DNA of 64,000 nucleotides from an uncultured Planctomycetota bacterium (GCA_963823665.1 CAWGMQ010000005.1:1888001-1952000), one strand, 5' to 3'. Shown: positions 1-10,575, counted from the first letter of the stretch. Made by a program: numbers and translations. Notes: generated from the letters alone by a model not told the origin.

Positions 1-861
1 TCGCGCGTGCTGGCTGGGTTGTGCGCGATGGCGAGTCTGCCTGGCCATGCTTGCGACGAAAACTGCGGCAGTCTGAAAACACGTGAAGGGCGTGGACGTA
101 GGGTGAGGCGAGTTTTGCTCTCGGCGAACTGCGAACTGGCTCGAACGGTCAGCAGGGCTGGCTCGGGCGACGGAATGACGACCCCGAGCATGAAAAGGAC
201 GTGGCAAGTCGTGCCGCTGAGCACAAAGAAGTGAAAGAGCTCATGGTGGGCGAAAACACCCGGAACCAGAGCCGGCCAGTGCATCAGGTTCATGACCGCG
301 CCGATGCTGTAGAATAGACCACCCAGCGGAAGGAGCAGTAGCTTTCGGTGCGAATGGCAACGGGCGAGCTCGTTGTAGCAGAAGATGGCGCCCCATCCCA
401 TCACGAGGTAGGTCAGGGTTGAAAGCCAGATCGGCATCAGGTCGCCACAGAGGACGCGCGTGCCACAGACAGCCGCCGTTGACCAGGCTGCTGTGAGCGT
501 TCCCCAGAGCCAGGGTCCTCGCATCAATCCCCAGGCGATCGGCGTGTAGGTGCCCGCAATCAGAAGGTAAATCCCCACGTGGTCGAGGCGCTGGAGCCGC
601 GTGAGGGGTGGGCCGGTCAACCGCGGCTCCATGGAACACTGCGCTCATTCCGTAACACAGCGTCAACGTGATGCCGAAGACGACCAGACAGAGTGCCTTG
701 ATTCTCTGGTGGCGCGTCGCGACGGTTTGTGCCGCCGTGTTGCCGTATTCAAACGCAACGATGCAGCGTTTCCACAGAAACCAGGTCACTGGTAGTGCCA
801 CCAGCATTCCGGCGCCGTGGCTCCAGGCATTGATCGGCTCTCGAAGCTGAAGCAATAGCAT
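1..861 (-). CDS. Hemolysin III / PAQR family membrane protein; frameshifted near 615; runs off the window edge
   Basis: N-term REPINAWSHGAG; after a frame change reads RLDHVGIYLLIAGTYTP...YLVMGWG...GGLFYSIGA...HHELFHFFVLSG, which are HlyIII motifs. No stop before position 1. Confidence 0.85.
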
Positions 862-1186
862 GACGTCCCCGCGCGCTAAACACCGTGGGCATGGGGCCGG
901 ATTACCTGGCGACATTTGAGCAGCGAGGTGCGACGCTACATCAACATGTTTTCGACGCCTGGCCGGCTGGTCCTTGACGAATTATTCGGCGCTCTTCGTA
1001 CGAGGGAAAGGCTGATTTTTCCGGCATTTCTCAAGATGCCGTTCCGAGCGTCTTGCCTGTCACGAATCGCGCAATAGACCGTTTCGCGAGTCATTCGAGA
1101 GAAGAACTCGCTCCAACATCTGTTATACGAGCGCCATGACGAAAGGTTGCTCGCCCTCGGTGCTCGAGCGGCCGGCTCGCCGACCG

Positions 1187-2059
1187 TTATTTCACCTTCA
1201 ACAGCTCGACCACGAAGAACAGAGTTGTCCTGGGTGGAACCTCGGTGCCTTTGCCTGCGTCGCCGTAGCCGAGCTCGGCGGGAATGAGCAGCTTTCGCTT
1301 GCCGCCCACCCTCATGGTGGCGACGCCCTCATCCCGGCCCTTGAGCACGTCGGAGTGGCCCAGCGAAAAGGAAAAGGGCTCGTCCCGGTCGACCGAGCTG
1401 TCAAGCTTCTTTCCCTTGGCATTTCCGCGCCAGAGCCAACCGGTGTAGTGGATCACGCAAGTCTGGCCCGTTCTGGGTTCGGCACCGGTACCCTCTCTCT
1501 CATCGAAGTACTCGAGCCCGCTGTCGGTTCTCTTCCAGATCTCGAGCAGCTCGACCTCGTAGAGCACATCGGCGTTCGGTGGGATGACACCTCCGGCTCC
1601 ATGCTCACCGAAAGCGAGATTGGCTGGAATCAAGAGTTCACGCTTTCCACCGGCCCTCATGCTGGAGACACCTTCGTCCCAGCCCTTGATCACTTCGCCG
1701 GTGCCCACGTGGAACGTGTAGGGCGCTCCCCGATCGAGCTCACTGCGATCTCCTTCCTTGGAGGTATCGAATTGCTTTCCCTTGGCCCCCTTATCCCAGA
1801 GCCAGCCGGTGTAATGTACGACGCACGTCTGGCCGGCTTTCGGCGGCTCGCCTTTGCCTTCGATGACATCCCTGTACTCAAGCCCGCTTTCGGTCCTGGT
1901 CCGGGCCTGCTTTCGGTTTTCCTTATTCCTGCCTCTCTCCTGCTCGACCGGAGAGGGACTCGTCTCGCGCGTCATGGCGGGTACGACGGGCGGGAGGGAA
2001 ACCGCCAGAGCCGCGAGAACCAGGAATAAAGGCCGAGCGGGGACGTTGAATTCTGTCAT
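1187..2059 (-). CDS. Secreted FKBP-type peptidyl-prolyl isomerase with two tandem FKBP domains
   Basis: Signal peptide, then twice SGLEY..GxG..P..GQTCVxHYTGWLW..KGK..D(T/S)S; VIKGWDEGVSSMRAGGKRELLIP and DEGVATMRVGGKRKLLIPAELGYG. Confidence 0.93.
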   Translation of the reverse strand: MTEFNVPARPLFLVLAALAVSLPPVVPAMTRETSPSPVEQERGRNKENRKQARTRTESGLEYRDVIEGKGEPPKAGQTCVVHYTGWLWDKGAKGKQFDTSKEGDRSELDRGAPYTFHVGTGEVIKGWDEGVSSMRAGGKRELLIPANLAFGEHGAGGVIPPNADVLYEVELLEIWKRTDSGLEYFDEREGTGAEPRTGQTCVIHYTGWLWRGNAKGKKLDSSVDRDEPFSFSLGHSDVLKGRDEGVATMRVGGKRKLLIPAELGYGDAGKGTEVPPRTTLFFVVELLKVK

Positions 2060-2382
2060 GGAAACGCGACCTCCCTGCATCGATCCATCGCGAACTCGGA
2101 TCCATTCGTCGAGCCTTCCTGGGCTCTACGGCGTGTGACCCTACCATAACGCTTGCGATGATGGGAATGCGATTAGGACATCTTGTGACGCGCTTTGAAC
2201 CCAGGAAAGCGATTTGTTGTCCGAATATTTAGGCGATTTTGCCGATGAACTAAAAGAGCGGAAGAACCATCCGCACGGACTGGACGTATTAATTAGAATC
2301 GGAACAACCCGGCGGTGCGCTTTGGCCGGCTGCGGTTTCTTCACGGAGTGAACGGGGTCCGACGCTCGGGAGACACCCTCTC

Positions 2383-3597
2383 ATGGTGGGCGCATTTGGG
2401 GTGGGAGACTGGATCGGTGGGCGATTCCAGATCTTCGACATCCACGAGGGGGGAATGAGCCTGGTTTACGTGGTCAACGACCAGATGAATGGTCCTGGCC
2501 CGCAAGTGGTTGCGCTCAAGACACTTCGGGGCGAGCTGCTGAGAAGTCGCCTCCGGCTGAGCCGGTTTGCACAGGAGTGCCGGCTCTGGGTGCAGCTCGG
2601 CGAACACCCGAACATTGTCCGTGCCCATTCGGTGGAAGTGTTTGACGGCCGGCCCTATGTGGTGCTCGAGCTGATTCAGGGGGGCGATCTGAATCGCTGG
2701 ATCGGCTCGCGCCGTCTGGATCTAGAGCAGTCGCTTCGATTTGGCCATCAATTCTGCCTGGGCCTAGAGCACGCTTTGCGCCAGGGTTTGCATTGCCATC
2801 GCGATATCAAGCCCGCGAATCTACTCGTGACCGAGGACGGCAAGCTCAAGATTACTGACTTCGGGCTTGCGAGGATCTCCGAAGAGATGATCGCCGTGCG
2901 CCAGGAGCTCCCGGACGGCTCGATTCCCCTTGCCGAGTCCAGCAAGCTTCAGCCGATTATCTGGACTGATCCCAGAGACAGGGATGCCGAGCTTCGCCTT
3001 GCTCTGAGCGAGGCCCGGCCAGCCGTGAAATCCGTTGATGGGCGAATGAACGCGATTCACTCCGGCAGAGAAGATCGGAGTGAAGGCCTCGGGCCAATCG
3101 GCTACGCCGTCGCCCCAGCTTCCGATTCGTCCACGTCCCGCGCAATCCCGGGTCGAGGCACGACGCCTCACACCCCGAGCACCGCAGAGAAAAGCACGAG
3201 CGACTACGTCTCGCCATACGAGACTTTCGACCCGCGTCTGACTCGGACCGGTGCGCGTCTGGGCACAGGTGCTTACATGGCGCCGGAGCAGTTCCGCGAC
3301 GCGGCCTCAGTTGACGTTCGCGCCGATATCTATGCTTTCGGCGTCGTGCTCTTCGAGATGATCACGGGAGCGCTTCCGTTCAACGGCCGATCGTCCGATG
3401 CGCTTGGCCACCAGCATTCACAGTACAAGCCGGCCTCGATCGTCCCCTCGGTGCACCACCGGCATGCGAAGCTTGCCAAGAGCGTGGACGAGATCGTGCA
3501 ACGTTGCCTGATGAAAGAGCCCGCGGACAGGTTCCGCTCCGTCGCCGAGCTGCGGATGGCGATCAAGCAGATTGTGGCTCAGCTCACGCGCAGGTAA
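2383..3597 (+). CDS. Hanks-type Ser/Thr protein kinase (cytoplasmic, long insert in the activation segment)
   Basis: VALK, HPNIV, HRDIKPANLL, DFGLA, GTGAYMAPEQ, DIYAFG. Confidence 0.95.
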   Translation: MVGAFGVGDWIGGRFQIFDIHEGGMSLVYVVNDQMNGPGPQVVALKTLRGELLRSRLRLSRFAQECRLWVQLGEHPNIVRAHSVEVFDGRPYVVLELIQGGDLNRWIGSRRLDLEQSLRFGHQFCLGLEHALRQGLHCHRDIKPANLLVTEDGKLKITDFGLARISEEMIAVRQELPDGSIPLAESSKLQPIIWTDPRDRDAELRLALSEARPAVKSVDGRMNAIHSGREDRSEGLGPIGYAVAPASDSSTSRAIPGRGTTPHTPSTAEKSTSDYVSPYETFDPRLTRTGARLGTGAYMAPEQFRDAASVDVRADIYAFGVVLFEMITGALPFNGRSSDALGHQHSQYKPASIVPSVHHRHAKLAKSVDEIVQRCLMKEPADRFRSVAELRMAIKQIVAQLTRR

Positions 3598-3820
3598 TTC
3601 ACGCAAGCTGAGCATGGACCCGGCCAATTCTCAGCCGTCCTTGGGATTTCCCTGGTGCTGAGTGGGTGGATCCCAGGCTTCGGGAGGGTAGTCGTGGTAC
3701 GTATACGCCAAGGTATGCAGGCAGCCCGTCGAGCCAAGGCTCGCCACGAGCAGCACACCGACAGCGATCATTCGAGCGATCCTCGCCATGGCTCGATCCT
3801 TTCCTTTGGCTAGCTCGCCG

Positions 3821-4150
3821 TCACGGAGTCGGGAGTGAAGGAGGCGTTGTCGATGTCCCGGCCGGGGCCAGTGGCGCTGCGGGGGCAGCAGCAGCCGGTG
3901 CTCCGGTGGCAGCAGCGGGCGACGTTGAGGCAGCCGGGCCGCCTGAGCCGTTTGAGCCCACTGACGGCGGGCCTGTGTACGTTCCGGGCATCATCGAGTA
4001 ACCCGGCCCATAGGCTGGCGTGGGGAAGTCATCGCACGTGTCGCAGTGCCAGATCGAAAAGTGGGCAATTGATGGCCAGTGGCCAGACGCACACCCTGCC
4101 AGTCCTGTAGCCAACATGACGACCATCACCGCGTTGCGAAGCCTCACCAT
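3821..4150 (-). CDS. Small lipoprotein-like protein with CxxC motif and Pro/Ala-rich tail
   Basis: RBS-like GGAAAGGA, then MVRLRNAVMVVMLATGLAGC (lipobox), WHCDTCDDFPTPAYGPG and a low-complexity tail. Confidence 0.6.
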   Translation of the reverse strand: MVRLRNAVMVVMLATGLAGCASGHWPSIAHFSIWHCDTCDDFPTPAYGPGYSMMPGTYTGPPSVGSNGSGGPAASTSPAAATGAPAAAAPAAPLAPAGTSTTPPSLPTP

Positions 4151-4431
4151 GACTGAAATCCTTTCCTGTCCGTACGGATGAGACCGGCGATGACCGTGCA
4201 TCGACCAGAGACTCACTATCTTCGTGCGGCAAGACGAATTACGATCGCCGGGCGAGTCGATTCCGGCGCATCGCAATCGCGCATTTCCGACGCCGATGTC
4301 GTTAGATCGGTTAAACCTGCCTCGATCGATGAGTCCAATTCGCCAGACACTGGACAGTTGGTCTTCTACAACCGCCGGAACTTTGCGCGGCACGGTTGCT
4401 TCCGCTCAACCGAATCTCGTCCGGCATTCGC

Positions 4432-6162
4432 CTACTCTCGTGTTCCCACGCCGGGGATCCCGGTGTTCTCGGGCGTGGCACCGGCTTCGATCGTGCGCGC
4501 CGCTTGACTGTAGCGATCCCGCCACTGGATGCGCTCCGCGGATTCGATCGTGAGGAATGCAAGCTGACCGTAGTGGCTGGCGGTTCGGCTGCAAACGGCG
4601 GCCCACGCCGCACGATCAACTTTGAATTCCGCAGCCACACGCGCCGGCTCGAGGCTAATGGCAGCCACTTCCGCCGGCCACCCAAACGCGCCCTGGGCTT
4701 TGAGGCCAGCGAGCACCGCCTCCGCGAGCGCGACTTGCCCCTTCAAGTTCGGATGCACATTATCATGAAAGAGGTGGTTGTCGAGGATCCCGTGCGGGCT
4801 CCGGGCCTTGAGGACGACAGGTCCGTCCACGAGAACAACACTTCGCTTGTGGCGCTGCGCGACCGTGCGATATGCGGATTCGAGGCGAGTGCTCGCGCGC
4901 ATGGGCAGGCCGTCAAGATCGCGGGCCAGAATGTAATGGCGATCGGCTTGGGCGAACGAACCTTCCGATTCGAGCAACCGCGCCAGACGGTGATGGGTCT
5001 GCGCGTGTACGGGCTGGACAGCAAGGATTTTGCGGTAGGCCGCGATGGCAGAGGACGGGTTGCCTTCCTCAAAAGAGCGAATCTGGGTCAATTGCTCAAA
5101 GAGCGCGCGCCGTGCATCCGCTCGCAATTCCGCCAGAGCGTATGACTGACTTGGGTCCGACGCATCATTGCCGGGGGGAATGATCAGGATCGGCAAGCAA
5201 CCGATCCGCTCACAATCCGCGACAATTGTTTCGAGACGGCGCTCGAAGTCGTCGAAGACCCGCCCGGCGTCTTCCTGCGTGCAGACAGGACGGCCGATCG
5301 TTGATTCCAGAGCGCCGAATGACTGTGCGGGCACGAGCCCGACATGCTGCTTTTCGAGATTTTCCCGCGCCAGTCGCGCGACGGCAGAGAGGCGCCCGAA
5401 CGACTCGAGCCACGTCCTTGCCCAGGATTGCGATCGTTCATCCTCGTAGTAGAGCACTCGGTTTGAAAGTGAGAAGCGCGCCAGAAACTCGTTGTGCCCG
5501 GAATAAACGATCAGAGCATCGGGCCGATGCGTCGATCGAGCGAGTTTCAGGTGCATCGTCTCCAGTGTCGCTCCCTTCTCGGCCAGGTTCTCAACACGGA
5601 ACCGGCGCGAGGGCATCGCCCGCTCAAGCTCGCGTGCGACGACCGCACCCACGGACAGCCAGCCCTCATAGGGAACGCCGAGGGCACTCGATTCACCGAT
5701 GACGACGATGCGCACCTCCTTGTCAGATCCGGGCTGCTCGACGAACGTGGCGGGCAGGGATGGCAGGCGATGAATCCAGGCGAGCCAGGCTCCGGCGACT
5801 ACTTCAGCGATGCCGAATAAAAGCAGGGTTGTGCCGCAGAGTAGCGACCATCTGGCGGCGGTTGCGTTTCGCAGCCAACGAGCGCGGGAATTTGCATTTG
5901 ACCTTGATCGAGCGAACGCCGTGAGGGATAGAGCGAGACCGATGGTCGCGGCGGCCGCGGCCATGGGGTAAATCGCCAGGAGCATCGTCAAGACCGCGAC
6001 AACCGCGTGCCGGAGAAGCAGGCGGCCGGGGCTGAGGGTCCTGAGCCAGTCGCTGCCCAGAAAGATAACGACGCCGATTGAAGCCAGCGCGATGGCCGTT
6101 CCGGTGAGCCGAGCCAGGGGAAGAAGCCGATGAGGAAGCCGCTGGAAACGTGCCTTCGTCAT
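4432..6162 (-). CDS. Membrane-anchored SGNH/GDSL-like hydrolase with TPR-like repeats
   Basis: N-terminal TM helices; IVVIGESSALG (block I), YSGHNEF (block III), HDNVHPN (block V); TPR-like HAQTHHRLARLLESEGSFAQA. Confidence 0.8.
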   Translation of the reverse strand: MTKARFQRLPHRLLPLARLTGTAIALASIGVVIFLGSDWLRTLSPGRLLLRHAVVAVLTMLLAIYPMAAAAATIGLALSLTAFARSRSNANSRARWLRNATAARWSLLCGTTLLLFGIAEVVAGAWLAWIHRLPSLPATFVEQPGSDKEVRIVVIGESSALGVPYEGWLSVGAVVARELERAMPSRRFRVENLAEKGATLETMHLKLARSTHRPDALIVYSGHNEFLARFSLSNRVLYYEDERSQSWARTWLESFGRLSAVARLARENLEKQHVGLVPAQSFGALESTIGRPVCTQEDAGRVFDDFERRLETIVADCERIGCLPILIIPPGNDASDPSQSYALAELRADARRALFEQLTQIRSFEEGNPSSAIAAYRKILAVQPVHAQTHHRLARLLESEGSFAQADRHYILARDLDGLPMRASTRLESAYRTVAQRHKRSVVLVDGPVVLKARSPHGILDNHLFHDNVHPNLKGQVALAEAVLAGLKAQGAFGWPAEVAAISLEPARVAAEFKVDRAAWAAVCSRTASHYGQLAFLTIESAERIQWRDRYSQAARTIEAGATPENTGIPGVGTRE

Positions 6163-6280
6163 GCGCCCCCCTTTTCGGTTCGACCCACCTTTGCGTATGA
6201 TCAGCGAATAGCTCGTGGGACCTGGAAAATCCGAAATTGAAGCCGTTGCCGCATGCCCCACTGGGGTGAGGCACCTGATC

Positions 6281-6805
6281 ATGACGCGACGATCTCGAGG
6301 CCGTGAAGTCGCCCTTCAGGTCTTGTACCAGGTCGAGCAGAATGCGGGAATCTCTCCGGAAGAGATTCATCGGTTCATCGTGCGCCGGCTGCTGGAAGAC
6401 CGCAAACTCTGCGAATTCACCGAATCGCTGACGGCGGGGGTCAAGGAACATCAGGCCGAACTGGATGCGATGATCTCGCAGGTTGCCGAGAACTGGCGGC
6501 TTGACCGCATGGCAGCAATCGACCGGAACATCCTGCGGCTGGGTGCGTATGAAATGCTCTATTGTCCCGAGGTTCCCGCCAAGGTTGCCATTAACGAGGC
6601 GCTCGAGCTGGCAAAGCGTTACAGCACGGCTCAATCAAGCCGGTTCGTCAACGGCATTCTGGACCGGGTGCTGCAATGGCACACTCAGGGGGCAAAGGCC
6701 GATGTCGAGCAGGCGCCCGGAGTCGAGGTGACCGACCAGGCCCCGATCGAGCCTGAGCCATCCTCCGGGCCCGAGGCGGCGGCGGATGACGGTCAAACCG
6801 GATAA
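6281..6805 (+). CDS. nusB: Transcription antitermination factor NusB
   Basis: RRSRGREVALQVLYQ; ENWRLDRMAAIDRNILRLG; VAINEALELAKRYS; FVNGILD. Confidence 0.97.
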   Translation: MTRRSRGREVALQVLYQVEQNAGISPEEIHRFIVRRLLEDRKLCEFTESLTAGVKEHQAELDAMISQVAENWRLDRMAAIDRNILRLGAYEMLYCPEVPAKVAINEALELAKRYSTAQSSRFVNGILDRVLQWHTQGAKADVEQAPGVEVTDQAPIEPEPSSGPEAAADDGQTG

Positions 6806-7666
6806 GGCCGTTGCCGCAAGTTTGCCGTCACGGCATCGGCCATCGCCGGGCGCCGCCGACTTGCACGTGCATACAACTCACTCCGACGGGGTGTGCTCTC
6901 CGTGTGAGGTGGTTGTGGCTGCGGCGCGGGTGGGCCTAGGGGCGCTGGCCATCACGGATCACGATACGGTATCGGCGCTCGAGATCGCGCGACCGGAGGC
7001 GGCGTGGTGGGGTCTCGAGCTCATTCCCGGAGTGGAGCTGACCAGTGAGTTCGAAGGCCGTGAGCTGCACATCCTGGGGTACTTTATCCGCGATGATGAT
7101 CAGGCATTGCTCGAGGCGATGGAGTTCCTGCGCCTCGGGAGGTCTTCGCGCTTGCGCGCGATGGTCGCCCGTCTGAAAGAGCTTGGGTTGTTCATCGACG
7201 ACAAGGCCCTCAGGCTGGCGTATCCACGAGCCGTTCTGGGGCGGCGTCACCTCGCGGAATTCCTGGTCCGGAGCGGGCAGGTGAAGAGTCTGCGTGCGGC
7301 GTTTCTTGAGTACCTGGGCGATGGCTGCCCTGCTTGTGTCGACAAGACTCGCCTTGATGCCGGACGGGCCATCGCGCTTGTTCAAGCGGCCGGAGGCGTG
7401 GCGGCGCTCGCTCACCCGCCGGTCAATCTACGCGAATCGACGCTTCGGGCGCTGTGGAGCTTGGCCTGCGCGCCATTGAAGCGGACGGGCCAGGCTTTTC
7501 TCGAAACCTGAGTCGGCGGATTGAAGCGCAGGCTAGCCGGCTGGAGTTAATCAGCACCGCGGGGAGCGACTTCCATGCGGCTGACCGACCGGGGCGGTGG
7601 GTGGGCGCGATCACGACCACTCGTGATCAGCTTGAACGCTTGCGCGCCGCAAGCCAGACGCGGTAG
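6786..7666 (+). CDS. PHP-domain metallophosphoesterase (TrpH/YciV-like); frameshifted near 7455
   Basis: DLHVHTTHSDG, AITDHDT, IPGVEL, ELHILGY, ALAHP; continues in ORF 7454..7666 with GLRAIEA...TAGSDFH. Confidence 0.88.
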
Positions 7667-7910
7667 GGGCATACCCGCCTCGATCTGTATTCCGCGGTTT
7701 TTGCTCAACCGCGTTGCCGGAACTCGCCGTCAACCGACACCCGGATTGACTTTCAGCCGCACAACAATCATTGTCTAAATGCCTCTCCGGCGACGTTCTG
7801 CACGCCTGAAGCAGAAAATCTGGATGAGAGAGCACTTGCCTTCCCGAGTGGCTAAACAACCGGTAGGCGGCCTGATGTGCTCTTTAGAATAGCGATGGAG
7901 GATCATTTTG

Positions 7911-8552
7911 TTGCCCGAGATACCGACCGAGCTGCTGGAAGCCAAGAGTACACTGCGCCGCGCGGCATACGATGCCCGCAATGCACAGAAGAACAAGGAC
8001 CGCGTGAGTGAAGCCGCGGTTGCCACGATGATGAAGCTGCCGGAATATGAGGCGGCCAAGACGGCCTTATGGTATATCGACTGCCGGTCCGAGCTACGTA
8101 CGCGGCATGCGCTTCCGACCGCGCTCGAGAGCGACAAGAAGATCGTCGTTCCCTATTGCACACTGGACGACTTCGGCGCGAACAAGCTGGGCCTCTGGTG
8201 GCTCAAGAGCATGGACGAGTTGACAGTTGGCAAGTGGAACATTCTGGAGCCGCCTCGAGACCGATGGGAAGAACCCGAAAGGTCGATTCAGGCTGAAGAG
8301 CTTGACATCGTGATCGTACCCGGCGTGGGCTTCAACCGCCGCGGGGGTCGGATGGGCAACGGCCAGGGTTACTACGACCGGTTACTGCTTCGCGTGCGGC
8401 CGGATTGTCCGCTTGTTGCTCTCTGTTATGAAAGCCAGTTGTTCGACAATCTGATTGTCGGCCCGCATGATGTCTTCATGGACAAAGTGGTGACCGAAAA
8501 GGCGACATACGACGGCCAGGGTCGAGCGCAAGACTGGCGAAGCGATTCTTGA
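7911..8552 (+). CDS. 5-formyltetrahydrofolate cyclo-ligase family protein
   Basis: SELRT, ILEP, DIVIVPGVGFNRRGGRMGNGQGYYDRLL, HDVFMDKVVTE. Confidence 0.92.
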   Translation: MPEIPTELLEAKSTLRRAAYDARNAQKNKDRVSEAAVATMMKLPEYEAAKTALWYIDCRSELRTRHALPTALESDKKIVVPYCTLDDFGANKLGLWWLKSMDELTVGKWNILEPPRDRWEEPERSIQAEELDIVIVPGVGFNRRGGRMGNGQGYYDRLLLRVRPDCPLVALCYESQLFDNLIVGPHDVFMDKVVTEKATYDGQGRAQDWRSDS

Positions 8553-8567
8553 GTACCAGGTTAGCCC

Positions 8568-9500
8568 ATGCCCGCCGTGATCGATGACACCTATGCCGAG
8601 GCCTTTCGCAGCATTTATGTTGAGTTCCTGATCACGGCTTGCAGTCGACGATGGGTCGAGCATGCCGTGGCGGCTGCGACCGGAAATGCCTCGAGCACCA
8701 TCATGTGTGATTGCGAGGCCGGGGTCGATCGATATGTCGGCCCCCAGGGGGATGAATCATTCGCTACTCCGGATGGCCGCCCGGGTGCGATTGTGCAACT
8801 GCACGTTCCGCGATTCCGGAAGGACCGTGTGCCGGCTCTGGAACGATCGGCTCTGGTCCGGATTTGCCAGAACGTGCTGACCTGCCCGACGACTGCGTGC
8901 TTCAATCTCATCGACTCGCCAGAATACTTTCACATGGGTCGCAAGGTCGCCTATTTCGGGGATGGGTTTCAGAAGCGTATCGAGCGATTCGGTCGCAAGA
9001 TGTGGTGGGTGCCCACACTCGGCGGCGAATTCATCCTCGACCGGCGGCTGGGCTACCTAGACGGACTCATGGGCGGCAATCTGTGGTACATGGGCGAGAC
9101 TGAAGATGCAGCATTGGCTGCCGCTGAGGCGGGTGAAGCGGCGGTGCGCGATTGTCCGGGTGTGATCATGCCTTTTCCTGGTGGTATCGCCGGGAGCGGG
9201 TCGAAGGCGGGCAGCAAATACTCGTTTGCGGTTGCGAGCACTTATGAGAAGTTTTGCCCGAAGCTGGCGGATGACCCGGCGGCCAAGACGGATTTGCCGC
9301 CGAATGTGGGCTCGGTGATGGAGATCATTATCAACGGCCGCGATTTGAGTTCGATCAGTCGTGCCACGCAAGCAGCGATCAAAGCCTCTGTGAACACGCC
9401 TGGTCTGCTCCGGATCTCGGCGGGGAACTATGGCGGGCGGCTGGGGAAGAGTTTTGTTTATCTTCATCCGGAAAAGCAGACTCTGGCTCCCGGATCGTAA
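8568..9500 (+). CDS. fhcD: Formylmethanofuran:tetrahydromethanopterin formyltransferase (Ftr/FhcD)
   Basis: IDDTYAEAF, CDCEAG, TPDGRPG, QNVLTCPTTACFN, YFGDGFQ, PFPGGIAGSGSKAGSKY, ISAGNYGGRLG. Confidence 0.95.
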   Translation: MPAVIDDTYAEAFRSIYVEFLITACSRRWVEHAVAAATGNASSTIMCDCEAGVDRYVGPQGDESFATPDGRPGAIVQLHVPRFRKDRVPALERSALVRICQNVLTCPTTACFNLIDSPEYFHMGRKVAYFGDGFQKRIERFGRKMWWVPTLGGEFILDRRLGYLDGLMGGNLWYMGETEDAALAAAEAGEAAVRDCPGVIMPFPGGIAGSGSKAGSKYSFAVASTYEKFCPKLADDPAAKTDLPPNVGSVMEIIINGRDLSSISRATQAAIKASVNTPGLLRISAGNYGGRLGKSFVYLHPEKQTLAPGS

Positions 9501-9531
9501 GCGGGTGCGGACGCCCCATGGGTTTGGAATC

Positions 9532-9650
9532 GACCTGATCACCGTGATGGCGAGCACGTTGTATCGCCTGATGGCGGATCGGATCGGGCGGGAGTACGAC
9601 AAGGCCCAGGCCAAGATGATCTTCCGCAACCTGATGGATGTCTCACCGAC
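9532..9650 (+). pseudogene. Short remnant resembling the C-terminal part of a putative transposase
   Basis: Reads DLITVMASTLYRLMADRIGREYDKAQAKMIFRNLMDVS with no proper start; lies at the left edge of the accessory region. Family assignment is from memory and unverified. Confidence 0.45.
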
Positions 9651-9737
9651 TTTCCATCATGAGTTCGTGTCCGTCGGCCCAGATCGATATCGCTGGGCAC
9701 GACAGTTTTGAAGCCGAGATCCCGCCTATCTGCGTCG

Positions 9738-10190
9738 TCAAGCTACGGCTGCGGCTGCGAGGCAGGCGAGCGCTGCGAGGGCCGCGAGATTTCTCGCCAC
9801 GTGAAAACGCCGCCAAAGAGTCCGATAGTGTTCAGCCCGTTCCGGCATCTGGCCTTCGGGTAGCCGACGAAATTTCGAGTTGATCGGCTCGGCGATAGTA
9901 ATTGACGCGACCACCACCAGCACGATGAATCCAACTCCGGCCCAAGCAAGAGCTGTCGCGGCGCCGCTGCGGTTCAAGGCAAAGAACGTCGCGGCGGCGC
10001 CGGCGGTCACACCGAGGATGGGCATCATAGGATCCGCCCGAAACAGCGACCGCCGAAAATCGACAGCGTATTGTTCAAGGGGCATTCGCCGCCATAAGTT
10101 TGTTCGTTCAACGGCGAAAATCAAGATCCCACCGGACCACAGCCCACAGAAGACCAACATCATCCAGGCGCTGATCTGCGTGATCGTCAT
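9738..10190 (-). CDS. DUF1772 / anthrone-oxygenase-like membrane protein
   Basis: Four hydrophobic segments; GLWSGGIL, EPINSKF, WRRFHVARNLAA pattern. Confidence 0.7.
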   Translation of the reverse strand: MTITQISAWMMLVFCGLWSGGILIFAVERTNLWRRMPLEQYAVDFRRSLFRADPMMPILGVTAGAAATFFALNRSGAATALAWAGVGFIVLVVVASITIAEPINSKFRRLPEGQMPERAEHYRTLWRRFHVARNLAALAALACLAAAAVA

Positions 10191-10351
10191 GCGCTACTCT
10201 TTGCCGCGCAATCGGCTTGGTAGGCGCTCAGAATTGAGCGAATCATTGGCCCGTACTTCGGTTCGAGTTCCTCACACCGCATGCGGTTCTGTAGCTCGAC
10301 CCCCTTACGTTCGCTGCGGATCAAGCCCGCCTCGCGGAGTATTCTAAAGTG
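10187..10351 (-). pseudogene. 3' half of an ArsR-family winged-HTH regulator (5' part deleted)
   Basis: Hand translation HFRILREAGLIRSERKGVELQNRMRCEELEPKYGPMIRSILSAY...SSA*; stop overlaps the DUF1772 ATG (ATGA). Confidence 0.75.
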
Positions 10352-10575
10352 CCAAGGCCGCGGTCCGCTACTCGGTCAAGGGGTGGGCGGCGGACCTGAT
10401 CGGCAAGGGCATCCGCGTCAACAACTTCAGCCCTGGCGTGGCCGACACTCCGATCCTCGACAGCCAGCACGAGACCAAGGAGGAGTCCGACGCGATGCGG
10501 GCCATGTACGTCAAGATGACGCCGATGGGCCGGCTCGGCCAGCCGGAGGAGATGGCCTCTGTGCTCGTGCCTTCC
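10351..10575 (+). pseudogene. C-terminal fragment of an SDR oxidoreductase
   Basis: AKAAVRYSVKGWAADLIGKGIRVNNFSPGVADTPIL...TPMGRLGQPEEMAS; lacks the Rossmann N-terminus and the catalytic Tyr. Confidence 0.8.

Noticed and set aside
1136..2029. Long antisense ORFs (also 15392..16711, 17018..17929, 23894..24784, 44354..45310, 62140..63123)
   Set aside because: Shadow ORFs opposite clearly recognisable genes, expected in GC-rich DNA.
10351..10575. SDR fragment as the missing butanediol dehydrogenase of the acetoin operon
   Set aside because: It is truncated, over 6 kb away, and shows no BudC-specific features.
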